Shown here piece by piece: positions 27,222-37,532 of a stretch of DNA of 44,012 bases. Each line of letters starts with the position of its first letter. Position 1 is the first letter of the stretch. The notes under the pieces were generated by a model. The model had not been told where the DNA came from. It did no database searches and worked only from the letters and a program-made list of their open reading frames with translations. A program made the position numbers and the translations under genes. The stretch comes from an uncultured bacterium (lineage in GTDB: Bacteria; Zhuqueibacterota; QNDG01; DTFT01). The stretch is taken from positions 1 to 44,012 of the forward strand of contig CAVTNR010000004.1 of the NCBI GenBank assembly GCA_963736115.1, in the 5' to 3' direction.

Positions 27222-29691
27222 TTACTTGAGCAGAGTCATCTTCTGGATCTGGGTGGTTCCGCCGGCGTTCATCCTGCAGATATAGATACCGCTCGGAACC
27301 TTCTGCCCCCGGCTGTCCGTGCCGTCCCAGGACGCTGTGTACGCGCCCGCGGTTTTCCGGCCTGAAACGAGTGTCCGGACTTCCCGGCCCGTCATGTCGA
27401 ACACCTTGAGGGAAACGTCCGATGTCCGGCCGACCTGGTAGTGCATCACGGTCGCGGGATTGAACGGGTTCGGATAATTGCGGTCCAGACCGAAACGGAA
27501 GGGAGCGTCTCCGGCCGATTCGACCGCCGACGGAAGCGGAGTGCTCGTCAGCTTGAACGGCGCGGCCCAGGCTTCGGCCCTCTGCCAGTTCTGGAAATTG
27601 CCGGGTGTGTCGCCCCAGTGGTTCTGCAGGGACCGGGTGGCCGTGGTGGATTCAGTGTCATTGTCATTCACGTCGATCTTGCCGCACAGAATCATACCGT
27701 CGGCCGGCGCGAAGGAACCGTTGAACTTGGCGTTCATCGAGGCAAATCGGAATCTTCATCTCAACGATCTATCCGCCGGGGAAAACCTCGTGGGCGAACT
27801 CGACTCCCTCCGGATCCCACGGCGCGTACCCGTTGACCTGGATGTGGTTGCCCTGGCTCGGGCCGACGGCCGCGCCGAGCCGGAACCCGCCGCCCGTGTT
27901 CGGGTCGGTTACCGCGCCCTGCTGCTGGTCATCGCCTCGCCAGTAGGAGGTCAGGTCGCGCACATCGTACAAACCGCCGAAGAAATCGAAGCCGTCTCCG
28001 GCCCAGCACTGCGCGTCGCCGTTGGAGAGATCATCGACCACGTTCATGGCGATGTAAAGGTTGTCTGCGTCCATGACCACGTACCCGGTGAAGTTCAGAT
28101 CGTCCGATTCGGTCGTCCAGGCGCCTGCCTCGTCCCCTGCCGCGTGCTGGTTCCGGAGGGTGCAGCGCGTGAACGTCTGCGCCAGACCCTCGAACTCGTC
28201 GAGGTACGCGTCCGCAGCGAACCCGAAATTCTGCACGAACGGAATCTCGAACAGTTTCGACGTGTTCGCGATCACCGGTCCGCTGTTGCTGATGCCGTCG
28301 CGGACTTCCTTCTCGACCACGGCGCTGCCCTGCAGGCCGGTCACGGTCATGGCGTAGTACACGGTTTTGGACCCGCCGTCTTCGGTGTAAATGCGGTGGT
28401 GCCAGACCTGGGTGCCGCGGCCGATGTGCCTGGAGATCTGGATGACGCCGGGCGCGGTCACATCCGTGATCTTTCCGGTCTCGCTGAAATAGAGGCTGTA
28501 CGTCTCTCCGATGTCCGCGATCAGATCCGTCCATTCGATGTCATTGTAATAGAACACTTCGCCCGTGAACGGGTCCGTGTAGTCGGCCAGCCCGGCGGTG
28601 ACGGTGATGGCCGGGGACAGCAGGTCCGCGGTGGCCGGCGGCGCCGCCTGCAGAAGGACGATGTCGTCCATGAAAATGGCGCCCGTGAAGGAATTGTTGT
28701 TCTCGAATCCGATCCAGATCCGGCCGAATCCGCCGGATGAATAGGGCGTGAAGCTGGAGGAATCCGTCTCATAGGCCTTCAGGATGTCGAGGTAGATCTC
28801 GCTCCACTGGCCCTTGAGCAGATCCGCGCCCGTGTAGCGCTGATGGACCCCGTCGGACCAGTGGCTCCGGTCCTGTCCCACGATGTGGATGACGTTTTCG
28901 TCCGGAAATTCCGCCGGCACCCAGATCCTGAAGGCGGCCACGTGGTCCAGACTGGACAGGTTGATCATGCCGGAGGTCAGCTGGCCGACGTTGCCGAGCG
29001 TGAAATCGAGGCCCACGGACATGACGTGATTGCCCGCGGCCGTGGGATCCTCGATACGCTCCACCGCGCTGATGCCCGGGGACCAGCCCGAGTTTTCCCA
29101 GGTGTTCAGGCTCGTCTCGAAATCGGCCTGCACCCGAGGCACGTCGCCCAGAAGGGTCACGTCGTCGATCAGAATCTGCCCCGTATAGGCGGCCGAAGTG
29201 GAAATCTGCACGCCCCATTTGCCGAACTGGTTCGGTGAATAGGGATTGAACGTCGCGGAATTCTTCAGATTGAATCCCCTGATGTGGAAGTTCAGGCTCA
29301 CCCATGTTTCCTTGGGCAGGTCGACTCCGTTGTAGTTCTCGGTGGTATGCGACCAGCTGGAGTTGTCCTGGCCCCAGAACTGGATGACCCCGTCATCCGG
29401 GAAATCGGCCGGCAGATAGAAATGGAAGCTGATGACATGACCGTTCTTCGGGTCGAAATTGCCCTTTTCAATGACCCCGGCCGTGCCGTTGTACTCGAGG
29501 CCGAGCACGAATCCGCTGGCGCCGGTCGGGTCCGCGATGCGCGACACGCTCGTCAGCGCCGTGCCCCAGCCGTTGTCCGCGAATCCGCCCGTGCCCAGGG
29601 CCTCGGTTTCGAAATCCGCGATGACCTGGGCCTGGACCGCCGGAACGGCGAGCAGGCACAGGAGCGAAAGAATCCACAACCTGGTTCTCAT
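27222..29691 (-). pseudogene. Secreted multi-module carbohydrate-binding protein (two tandem lectin-like domains, CBM9/DOMON-like domain, T9SS type A domain), interrupted near 27747-27771
   Basis: ORFs 27769-29691 and 27222-27737 join as GG*IVEMKIP/FASMNAKF if the TAG at 27769-27771 is read as Tyr and one base at about 27747 is removed. Duplicated ADFET...GW...DPT...DD modules; NLYIAMNVVDD...GDGFDF; NYPNPFNPAT. Confidence 0.75.
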
Positions 29692-29848
29692 TCTGATTTC
29701 TCCTTCAATATGATTTCCTTTCCTCGGATCGGGTCCGGGGATTTCGGATCAGAATCCCTTTCCCCCTTCAGGATAATATCCGGCGATCACCTCCTCTGCA
29801 TGGCAGTCGATCTCGATTGTCACGTCCGCCCGGGCATCCGGCCGGCTG

Positions 29849-31075
29849 TCATTGGGCTTCCAGAACCCCCGTGTCGATCCGGACGAGACGGCCACCGGCT
29901 CCCATGTTTTTTGTCCGGTTGACGACCGCGTACAGATATCGGTCCGTTCCCCAGGACATTTGATCCACCGGAGCGGGAATAATGCCGTAGAACAGCGTGT
30001 TCCAGAGTCCCGTGGCCATGTCGAAGGTCACCACGGGACGGTCGGGATGGTTGTTGCCGATGTAGAGAACGCCGTCTTCCGACAGCACCAGCGCGGCCAT
30101 GACGGCATCCGGAGCCGGCCCCTGGGCCCAGTCGCAGACCAGTTCGCCCTCGGCCAGCGTGCCGTCGCCCTGTATGGCGTGACGCCAGACGCCGGCCGGA
30201 ACCGGAACCGTTCCGTTGCCCCCGTATTTGGCGGCCACGTAAACCTGGTTCCCGTACACCCGGACGCAATAGATGTCATGCGTGCCGTAAAGGCCGGACT
30301 TGACCGCGTCCGTCGGCGAACGGATGATGATCAGGTCGCTGTTCTTCCCGCCGCCGTATATCACGCCATTGGGGCCGAAATCCAGGGATTTCACCCGGTC
30401 GTTCCTGCTGGCCAGCGTGATGAACGTCTGCACCGCGGCTGTGTCGTCCTCAAGACGGTAGATGATGTTATTGGAGCGGGCCGCATAAACCATCCCGTCC
30501 GGTCCGTTCGCCAGGTCCGTCCACAGGGCGCTGGCGCTGGTCTTGGCAAAACCCAGGTCCTGTGTCCCGTCCGGATTCAGGCGGATGAAGCTCGTGCTGC
30601 CCATGGCCACGGTCAGCTTTTCATCCGCACCCGCGGCGCAGGCGAGAAAAGCGTCGAGATTCGCGAAAAATCCGAAGGTTTCGACCACCGGAACCATTTT
30701 ATAAGGCGACTGCCTGGCGATGCCCACCGCCCCGTCCACGACCACGCTGATGCGGACGGAATCGCCGATCACATTCGGCCTGAGCACGGTGATCCGGTCG
30801 ACGGACGCGCTTTTGATCACTGCCGGCGTGCCGTCGAAATAAACGGTATTGAGCGACACGGTCTCCCCGAAATGGTCACCAATCAGAGTGATTTCGCTCG
30901 CCGCTCCGGCTTCCTGGGGCTCGACGGCGGTGATCACGGGAAGAATCCGGTCGGCGTTCCGGGCCTGCTCCCAGGGCGAGGCGGGCGCCTTGTATTCGCA
31001 GGCCGACAGGAGGAGCAGAAGGCCGGCCGCAGCCGGGAGCGCGCTCCGGTTCCACGATTTCTGGTTCATAACCAC
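29849..31075 (-). CDS. Lipoprotein with IPT/TIG domain and beta-propeller
   Basis: Lipobox LLLSAC; PVITAVEP...ITLIGDHFG...NTVYFDG...ITVLRP; propeller-like repeats DLANGPDGMVY and LDFGPNGVIY. Confidence 0.8.
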   Translation of the reverse strand: MVMNQKSWNRSALPAAAGLLLLLSACEYKAPASPWEQARNADRILPVITAVEPQEAGAASEITLIGDHFGETVSLNTVYFDGTPAVIKSASVDRITVLRPNVIGDSVRISVVVDGAVGIARQSPYKMVPVVETFGFFANLDAFLACAAGADEKLTVAMGSTSFIRLNPDGTQDLGFAKTSASALWTDLANGPDGMVYAARSNNIIYRLEDDTAAVQTFITLASRNDRVKSLDFGPNGVIYGGGKNSDLIIIRSPTDAVKSGLYGTHDIYCVRVYGNQVYVAAKYGGNGTVPVPAGVWRHAIQGDGTLAEGELVCDWAQGPAPDAVMAALVLSEDGVLYIGNNHPDRPVVTFDMATGLWNTLFYGIIPAPVDQMSWGTDRYLYAVVNRTKNMGAGGRLVRIDTGVLEAQ

Positions 31076-31092
31076 TCTCCGAATTTTAATGG

Positions 31093-32109
31093 TCAGTGCG
31101 ACAGCCGGAGCGTGAGACGCTGGACGCTGTCCCAGACGCCGTATGGCGCGTAGGCGTAATCCACCGTGAGGCCCGACCAGGACAGGCCGATACCGGCCGT
31201 CAGGGTATTCTCGTCGTTCCGCGAAATATAACCGACGCGGCCGGAGAGCAGGCGCATCACCCGGTAATCGATCCCCACGCAGATCTGCTCGGCGTGGGAA
31301 CGGTCATGCTTCGCATCGACGGACAGAATGGCGGACTGCTCGAATCCGGCGTCCGGGAGCCAGTCCATGAGGTCCGCGCTGATGCCCAACGTGAACACCA
31401 GGGGCAGTTCGAAGCTCTCCCGGAGGTACTTCACCTCAGCCGCGAAATTGCGCACCGACATGCCGAACGTGAGACTTTTGAACCCGGTCCTGAACAGGGT
31501 GCCGAAATCGAAGGCCAGGGGGTTCTTCTTGAAATTCGAGACCTCGTCCAGCGTCGTATCCGGCATGGGGACCATGAAATCCCCGAAATCCTGCCGGACC
31601 ATGCGGACCTGGCCGCCCACGGAAAACCGGTCGTTGAGCATCTTTCCATACCCGACGCCGACCGCGAACGCGGACGGTTCAAGGTCCCCCGTGTCGATGT
31701 ATCCGTTCGAACTGATGTTCTCGGGAACCACCACCGTCCCGAACAGGTTATCCCCGTAATCGACGTTCTGAAGCGAGAAGGCCAGCGTTCCCCAGCGGCC
31801 CTTGGCCGGCCGCAGCGCGAGGCTGGCGGTCGTGTGCCGGATGCCGGCGATCCACTGGTTGTCGCTCACCGAGACGTCGACCCGCCGGTCCATTTCGGCC
31901 AGACCCGCCGGGTTGAAGAATATCGAGCTTGATCCGAGAGACATGCTGTTGACGGCGTTCCCCATGGCCGCGGCCCGCGCGTCGGACACCACGGATAGGA
32001 ACTGAAAGCCCGTCTGCGCCAGCTTCTGGTTCTCTCCGGCATGCCCCGGAAAGGCCCAGAGTCCGACGAGGACAAGCCCGGACAGTGCGAAACTCCGCAG
32101 GTTCTTCAT
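31093..32109 (-). CDS. PorV/PorQ-family outer-membrane barrel (T9SS shuttle-like)
   Basis: QTGFQFLSVVSDARAAAMG, SIFFNPAGLA, FDFGTLF, GMSVRNF, ELPLVFTLG, VDYAYAPYG. Confidence 0.85.
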   Translation of the reverse strand: MKNLRSFALSGLVLVGLWAFPGHAGENQKLAQTGFQFLSVVSDARAAAMGNAVNSMSLGSSSIFFNPAGLAEMDRRVDVSVSDNQWIAGIRHTTASLALRPAKGRWGTLAFSLQNVDYGDNLFGTVVVPENISSNGYIDTGDLEPSAFAVGVGYGKMLNDRFSVGGQVRMVRQDFGDFMVPMPDTTLDEVSNFKKNPLAFDFGTLFRTGFKSLTFGMSVRNFAAEVKYLRESFELPLVFTLGISADLMDWLPDAGFEQSAILSVDAKHDRSHAEQICVGIDYRVMRLLSGRVGYISRNDENTLTAGIGLSWSGLTVDYAYAPYGVWDSVQRLTLRLSH

Positions 32110-32125
32110 TGCGCGCTTCTCCCCG

Positions 32126-34294
32126 TTATCGGATGACGATGAATTTTCGGTACGTGTTCTGCCCCTTCCGGAAGAGCTGGACGCCCTCCGAATTCGCGTA
32201 ATCCTGGGTGACCTCGAAATACGCGACGTAGAGCCCGGTGACGATGATCTGATTGGAGGAAGTCACGGACTCCCATTTCTCATCCCCGGTTCCGTTGTCG
32301 TGGTCGATCGACTGGATCAGGTCGCCGCGCTCCGTGAAGATTTTAATCTTGCAGAACGGCGGCAGACCGAAAAAGGCGATGCGGTCGTATCCGCTCTGCA
32401 TCCCGAACTGAAGCGCCTGCTTGCTGATGACATAGGGATTCGGGACCACGCGGATCGAGTCGAGGCTCGTTCCCGCTGGCCTGCGAAGGTAAGCCGGCTT
32501 GTTCGTCATCGTGTAGAATTTACTGCTGACCAGAGGCGTTCCCGAATGCGCGTCATTCCGCGATCCGTCGTCCTTGCTGACGATATAATAGTAGTAATCG
32601 ACGCCACGCTGAGCGGACATGTCATCGTACCGGGTCGGTGCGCTGTTCCCGTCGCATTCCCAGATCTTCTCGTACACCGCGTTCGGCTGATCCACGATGC
32701 CCTTGGCGCGCCAGATCTCGTAACCATCAAAATTCGCATCGCTTTCGGCGTTCGCCGACCAGGTCAGCATGATGCGGTCGCCTCCCGAAGAGACCGTGAA
32801 GGTTTCGGGCGGAGGCGGCGGCTGGGGAAAACCGAAATCCGACTCATAGGCCGCTTTGGCCAGTCGGAACGACTGCATCAGTGAATCCTCGCAGGTCCAG
32901 ACCCATTCCCGCTTGTATAGGCCGTGATCGGTGGTCGCCTGGCCGTTGGGACGTACCAGGGCCGGCTTGTCCGCCGCTGCTTTGTCCCACAGGATCCAAT
33001 TCCGGGCGACTTCACGGTTCTTGGCCCGGCTCAGGCCTGCGACGGCCTCGGCCTGGACGATGCGGATGCTGTCGCCGGGCGCCAGGGTGTAGGGCCCGTA
33101 GCTCGTGCAGGGCGCGTATCCCCCGCCGTCCGAACCCCACGTGTCCGCGAACCCGTCCCCGACTTCTTCGGCGTGACTGCGCGCCGCGTGTCCGGCCTTG
33201 GCCAGGTTGTACTTGCGCTGCATGAGGGTCTCGTCGTACTGCGTGACCGTGGCCGCGTACACCACGTCGTCACTTCCCGTGTAGGCCGTGGTGACGGGCT
33301 GAAAGGGGTTGTCCGACGGATCGGACGCGCTGCGGTCCGCGTGCAGGGTCATGATGCCGGCGTACCGCGCCGCGGCCAGAATCTCATTCGGCACATTATC
33401 GGTCGGATCGGCCTGTTCGTTCGGGCATCCCCAGTCGTCCGACACGGTTCGCGTCGACTGCGGCCCGTACCAGGCGAACACGGCCCGTATGCCTTCGTAG
33501 TCACCCGCATTCGGGTCCGTGCCCATCACGTCGCTGATGGTGTTCCGGCCCCAGGTCGAGGCCCAAGTGCCCCAGCCCTGGTTGTACCCGGTCACGGACT
33601 CGCCGGAGAGGGCATAGCGGTGGCTCATGAAAAAGTAACAGTCTTGGAGCGTCTGGCTGTAGGCGCCCCCCTGGGCGTCGATGATGCCGGTGTTCTTGAA
33701 GACGTATTCGATGACATAATAGTTGTCATGGTTCTGCTGGGTGAACGCCAGTATTTTCTTCGTCATGGTGATGCCCATGGACGAATGGAGCTTCGTGACG
33801 ATCATCCGGTCGGCAATCATGCCGTCGTCGATCTCGTCCACGACGTCCCAGGTCTCGTTCTCGCTCGCGGATTCATTGTCCACGGAGACCGCGGGGGCCG
33901 GGAACCGGGCGATGAGCCGGTGCGACACCGGGAACATTTGGTTCGGCCAGTCCGTGACGAACCGGTATCCCGTTCCCACGGCCTTGGCCGGATACGTCCT
34001 CTGCCGGACGGGGTCGAAGAAATCACGACACATCAGCCATACGGCGTTCTGCGCGAGCGATGACTGCGCCATCCCGTATTCGGCCGGCCAGGCCAGTCCG
34101 TAGCAGATGCTCGGCGCCGAGGCGATGGCGTTCTCGACCTGCGCGCCCTGCTCGGAGAAATTGCTCCGGAGCGATCCGGCGCGCATCCACTTCATCTCCC
34201 CGCCCTGGCCGTAAAGCGCGCCGGACAGCAGGAGAACCGGAAGACCCAGCCATGCGGCGATGCGCGCCGCGTGATTTTTTTTCAGTCCATTCAT
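32126..34294 (-). CDS. Secreted protein with FN3-like domain and a variant T9SS-like C-terminal domain
   Basis: Signal peptide; PQPPPPPETFTVSSGGDRIMLTW...GYEIWR...YYYYIVSKD; IRVVPNPY...FFGLPPFCKIKIFTERGDLI...W...GLY. Confidence 0.72.
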   Translation of the reverse strand: MNGLKKNHAARIAAWLGLPVLLLSGALYGQGGEMKWMRAGSLRSNFSEQGAQVENAIASAPSICYGLAWPAEYGMAQSSLAQNAVWLMCRDFFDPVRQRTYPAKAVGTGYRFVTDWPNQMFPVSHRLIARFPAPAVSVDNESASENETWDVVDEIDDGMIADRMIVTKLHSSMGITMTKKILAFTQQNHDNYYVIEYVFKNTGIIDAQGGAYSQTLQDCYFFMSHRYALSGESVTGYNQGWGTWASTWGRNTISDVMGTDPNAGDYEGIRAVFAWYGPQSTRTVSDDWGCPNEQADPTDNVPNEILAAARYAGIMTLHADRSASDPSDNPFQPVTTAYTGSDDVVYAATVTQYDETLMQRKYNLAKAGHAARSHAEEVGDGFADTWGSDGGGYAPCTSYGPYTLAPGDSIRIVQAEAVAGLSRAKNREVARNWILWDKAAADKPALVRPNGQATTDHGLYKREWVWTCEDSLMQSFRLAKAAYESDFGFPQPPPPPETFTVSSGGDRIMLTWSANAESDANFDGYEIWRAKGIVDQPNAVYEKIWECDGNSAPTRYDDMSAQRGVDYYYYIVSKDDGSRNDAHSGTPLVSSKFYTMTNKPAYLRRPAGTSLDSIRVVPNPYVISKQALQFGMQSGYDRIAFFGLPPFCKIKIFTERGDLIQSIDHDNGTGDEKWESVTSSNQIIVTGLYVAYFEVTQDYANSEGVQLFRKGQNTYRKFIVIR

Positions 34295-34309
34295 GAGGCA
34301 CGCTCTCCG

Positions 34310-37300
34310 TTAGAGGTTCAGTGTGACCCGGACGCCGTAGAAGATCTGGCGCGGGTTGAGAAACCAGAAGGACGTCATGTTCGGCATGTCGATATAGGCC
34401 TTGTCGTCCAGAATCCTATCCATCCGCTTCTTTTCCACCTGCGTCCACTGGCTGTCCTTGTACTCCATGTACCGCCGGTTCGTCAAGTCGTAATAGATGA
34501 CGCCCGCGTCCCCGGCGGCGCTTGTCTCGTCGATGACGCCCTGTGACAGCACCGGCTGATAGGCGACACCCTGCTTCCGGGTGGCGCCGAACTTGTCGTC
34601 GCCCGGAATGTTGTTGTATCCGGCATTTTTCGGCAGGTGGAGGGACTCCATGTAGTAAATCTGGTCCTGATAATCCGCGAACGAGTTGATGCCGCCGTAG
34701 AAGTTGAGGAACTTCGCGTTGAGCGCATTGTTGACGTCCGCGTAGAAATAGAGATCCATCTTCCGCATGGGGATCTTTTTGCTGATCCGCAGAACCAGGT
34801 TGTGCATGTCCGTGGTGGCCAGGTTGAACGAGATGGCGGCAACGTTCCTCGGATTCCACGTTGTGAATCCGCCCTTCTGCCAGTCAAAGAGCACGTTCAC
34901 CAGCCAGTCGTTCAGCGGGCCGATACCGCCGATGCGGGGCCCGAAGTCGGGCGGCGTGAACAGGGACAGATTCATCCGGGCATACGGCTGGGGGATCGGC
35001 CGGTTCTGATACAGGTTCGACGTCGCCTGGTCGTACTGCGCCTGCTGGGACGGGCTCTGGTACACCCGAGGCCGGCCGAACTGGCCCGATTTGGAGGACG
35101 AGTAGGTGTAGTTGGCGAACCCGTTCCACCACCGGCCCAGCGGCTTCTTCAGGGTCAGCTCGAAGCCGCGGATGTCGGCGTATCCGTTGTTCGTGGTCTT
35201 GGAATAGGAGATGTCCTGGATACCGAAGTAATTGACCGTTTGCTCCTGATCGCTGATATCCTTGTAGAAGGCCGCCACCTGCACCAGCAGGGCGTTATTG
35301 AACAGCGAATGGTCATATCCGAGTTCATACGAAATGGTCTTGGCCAGCACGAGGTTTGGGTCGCCGATCGCGTTCAGCTTACGCGTGGACTGCCGAGTCT
35401 CGATCAGCAGGTTGTCGTACGACGGCATCTGCATGAAGTGGCCGTAGTTGAAAAAGAGCTTGGAGTTCTCCGTCACGGGGTGGGAGATACCGAGACGCGG
35501 GCTGAACTGGAACTGGCCCTTCGTGGACTCGGTCGGAAATTCCATGGAGGACTTGTACTTCGTCGAGTAGTACGGGGCGTAGAACGGGCCGAAATCGTAC
35601 CAGTCGGTGTTCGCGTTGCTGTAGTCCAGCCTCAGCCCCGCGTTGACGATGAACCCCCTGGCTTCCATCTTGTCCTGCACGTACCACGCGGCCCGGATGG
35701 GCGAATCGCTGCGTTTTGTGGTGTCCGTCATCTGGCGGTAGTTCAGGTCGATCCGGTTGACTTCGAATTCCAGCCCGGTCTTGACCATGTGCTGACGGTT
35801 GATCTGGCTGGTGAAATCCGTCCTGAGCTTGGTGACGCCGATCTCCGTGTCGTCCGTGAAACGGCAGGAGTGGCCGCCCATGCCCATACTGTTGATGGCC
35901 TTCGATCCCATCTCCGCATCGTATCCGAACGGGGCCTCGCTGAGAAAATAGCCCGGCACGACCTCGGCGTTCCGCGCCGGGTCCACCGGGTCCGCCGTCC
36001 GGCCCCAGTAGGTGCGCCGGAGGTGCTCCAGCGAGGCCTCGTAATACGTTTTCGGGGAGAACGTGTGCGTCAGTTTGGCCGAATAGGTCTGGTACCCGAT
36101 GTCGTTCAGGCTGAACCATCCGGTGTTGAAGAGGCCTTCTCCGTAATTGCCCGCGATTCGGTTCACGACACGGTCGGGCGACCGGACGTCCCACCCGTAC
36201 ACCCAGTTGTCGAGCATGCCATACTGCGTGCCGGCCATGGCGGTGAGGCGCAGTTTCATGTTCGACTTGATGTCCGAGAGCACGCTGACCATCAGGTCGT
36301 TGTCCGTGTAATCGTCACGTGTCAGGGGGACGATCAGCATCTCTCGGTGACGCCGGTACGACGCGAAGAAGCGCAGGCCGCCCAGGGTCCGTCCGATGAC
36401 CGGCACGGGGCCGCCGAATCCGGCGTCCACGTCGAAATCCGCCTGGTCCGTGACCGGACGGCGGCGGTGCTGGTAAAGAAACACATTCTGCGCGCCGATC
36501 GGCGACAGGTCGTCCGACGGGTCGCTGTTGGTCATCAGGGTGCGCGAGATGGAATCCCACCCCTCGAACTGCGCGTACTGACGCTGGGTGTACTTGTCCC
36601 AGCCCGCGATGGTCCCCTGCCAGGCGACCGCGTCATCCAGGTACGGCCGCATCCAGAAGGAGTTGCGGTCATAGGGCGAGGGGCCGAAATACTTCTTCTG
36701 CGCCGGGCTGGCCTTGAATTCGGCCGAGACCTGGTACTTCTCCCTCGATCCCTCGCGGGTCACGACGTTGATGATGCCCGACTGCACCTGTCCGTATTCG
36801 GCGTTGAATCCGCCGCGTTCGATCGAGATGGCCTCGACCGCGTTGATCGGGACCGTGGCGATCGGCTGGTTCCGCCGGGGATCGCGCATGGTGATGCCGT
36901 CCACCATGAACAGCGAGCTGTTCGAGGAACTGCCGCGGATGTCCAGGCCGCGGATGCCCGCCTGCATGCCGACCACGCCCTGCACATTCGACACCGGAAG
37001 CATCGTCAGTTCCTGGCTGGTGACGGACGTCACGCTCGTGGTCACATCGGGTTTCACCGCCTTCCGTTCGGCCACCACCGTGACCGTCTCGCCCTTGATG
37101 ACCTCGGGCGACATGCGGACGGTCACATCGCTGGTCTGGTCGATCCGGACCTCCACACCCTGGACGATCGTCTGGCTGTATCCCAGAATCGAAGCCCGGA
37201 CGGAATAGGATCCGGGCGGCACGTACAGAATGGCGTAGTTCCCGTCCAGGTCCGAAACCGCCCCGAGTGCGGTTCCGGCGACCAGGATGTTGACGCCTGG

Positions 37301-37432
37301 AATCGGCGCACCGGTCTTCTGGTCGATGATCCTGCCGGCGACCTTGCCCGTCACGCCGCCGAAGGCGACCGACGCTAGAATCAGCGAAAAGAGGACGAGC
37401 GTCGTGACCATGGGCCTTCTTCTCACTTCCAT
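34310..37432 (-). CDS. TonB-dependent receptor with N-terminal carboxypeptidase-regulatory-like domain
   Basis: TGKVAGRIID...GVNI...SDLDGNY; plug IRGS...DGI...GGFNAEYG..SGIINVVTREG; NAGLRLDY, FSPRLGISHP, SYELG, NPRQIFYG. Start reassigned to MEVRRR behind AGGAGG. Confidence 0.92.
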   Translation of the reverse strand: MEVRRRPMVTTLVLFSLILASVAFGGVTGKVAGRIIDQKTGAPIPGVNILVAGTALGAVSDLDGNYAILYVPPGSYSVRASILGYSQTIVQGVEVRIDQTSDVTVRMSPEVIKGETVTVVAERKAVKPDVTTSVTSVTSQELTMLPVSNVQGVVGMQAGIRGLDIRGSSSNSSLFMVDGITMRDPRRNQPIATVPINAVEAISIERGGFNAEYGQVQSGIINVVTREGSREKYQVSAEFKASPAQKKYFGPSPYDRNSFWMRPYLDDAVAWQGTIAGWDKYTQRQYAQFEGWDSISRTLMTNSDPSDDLSPIGAQNVFLYQHRRRPVTDQADFDVDAGFGGPVPVIGRTLGGLRFFASYRRHREMLIVPLTRDDYTDNDLMVSVLSDIKSNMKLRLTAMAGTQYGMLDNWVYGWDVRSPDRVVNRIAGNYGEGLFNTGWFSLNDIGYQTYSAKLTHTFSPKTYYEASLEHLRRTYWGRTADPVDPARNAEVVPGYFLSEAPFGYDAEMGSKAINSMGMGGHSCRFTDDTEIGVTKLRTDFTSQINRQHMVKTGLEFEVNRIDLNYRQMTDTTKRSDSPIRAAWYVQDKMEARGFIVNAGLRLDYSNANTDWYDFGPFYAPYYSTKYKSSMEFPTESTKGQFQFSPRLGISHPVTENSKLFFNYGHFMQMPSYDNLLIETRQSTRKLNAIGDPNLVLAKTISYELGYDHSLFNNALLVQVAAFYKDISDQEQTVNYFGIQDISYSKTTNNGYADIRGFELTLKKPLGRWWNGFANYTYSSSKSGQFGRPRVYQSPSQQAQYDQATSNLYQNRPIPQPYARMNLSLFTPPDFGPRIGGIGPLNDWLVNVLFDWQKGGFTTWNPRNVAAISFNLATTDMHNLVLRISKKIPMRKMDLYFYADVNNALNAKFLNFYGGINSFADYQDQIYYMESLHLPKNAGYNNIPGDDKFGATRKQGVAYQPVLSQGVIDETSAAGDAGVIYYDLTNRRYMEYKDSQWTQVEKKRMDRILDDKAYIDMPNMTSFWFLNPRQIFYGVRVTLNL

Positions 37433-37532
37433 ATCCGACCTCCTGGATGAAATGGGATGTTCTTTGCTCGTCAAACGCGGGACCGGCAGGGCCGTCCCGT
37501 TCGAAGCCGATAATCCTCCCGCTTGGCGGAAC

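Noticed and set aside
27769-27771. In-frame TAG as pyrrolysine or a recoded stop
   Set aside because: Context GG*IVEMKIP fits Tyr (one base from TAC/TAT), a separate frameshift lies about 22 nt away, and TAG serves as a normal stop elsewhere (trpC).
34637-37378. Long plus-strand ORFs (913 aa here; also 19734-21479, 39275-40879, 7163-8575, 29852-31153, 27478-28740)
   Set aside because: They lie exactly antisense to well-supported genes and show no motifs; typical stop-poor shadow frames of high-GC coding sequence.
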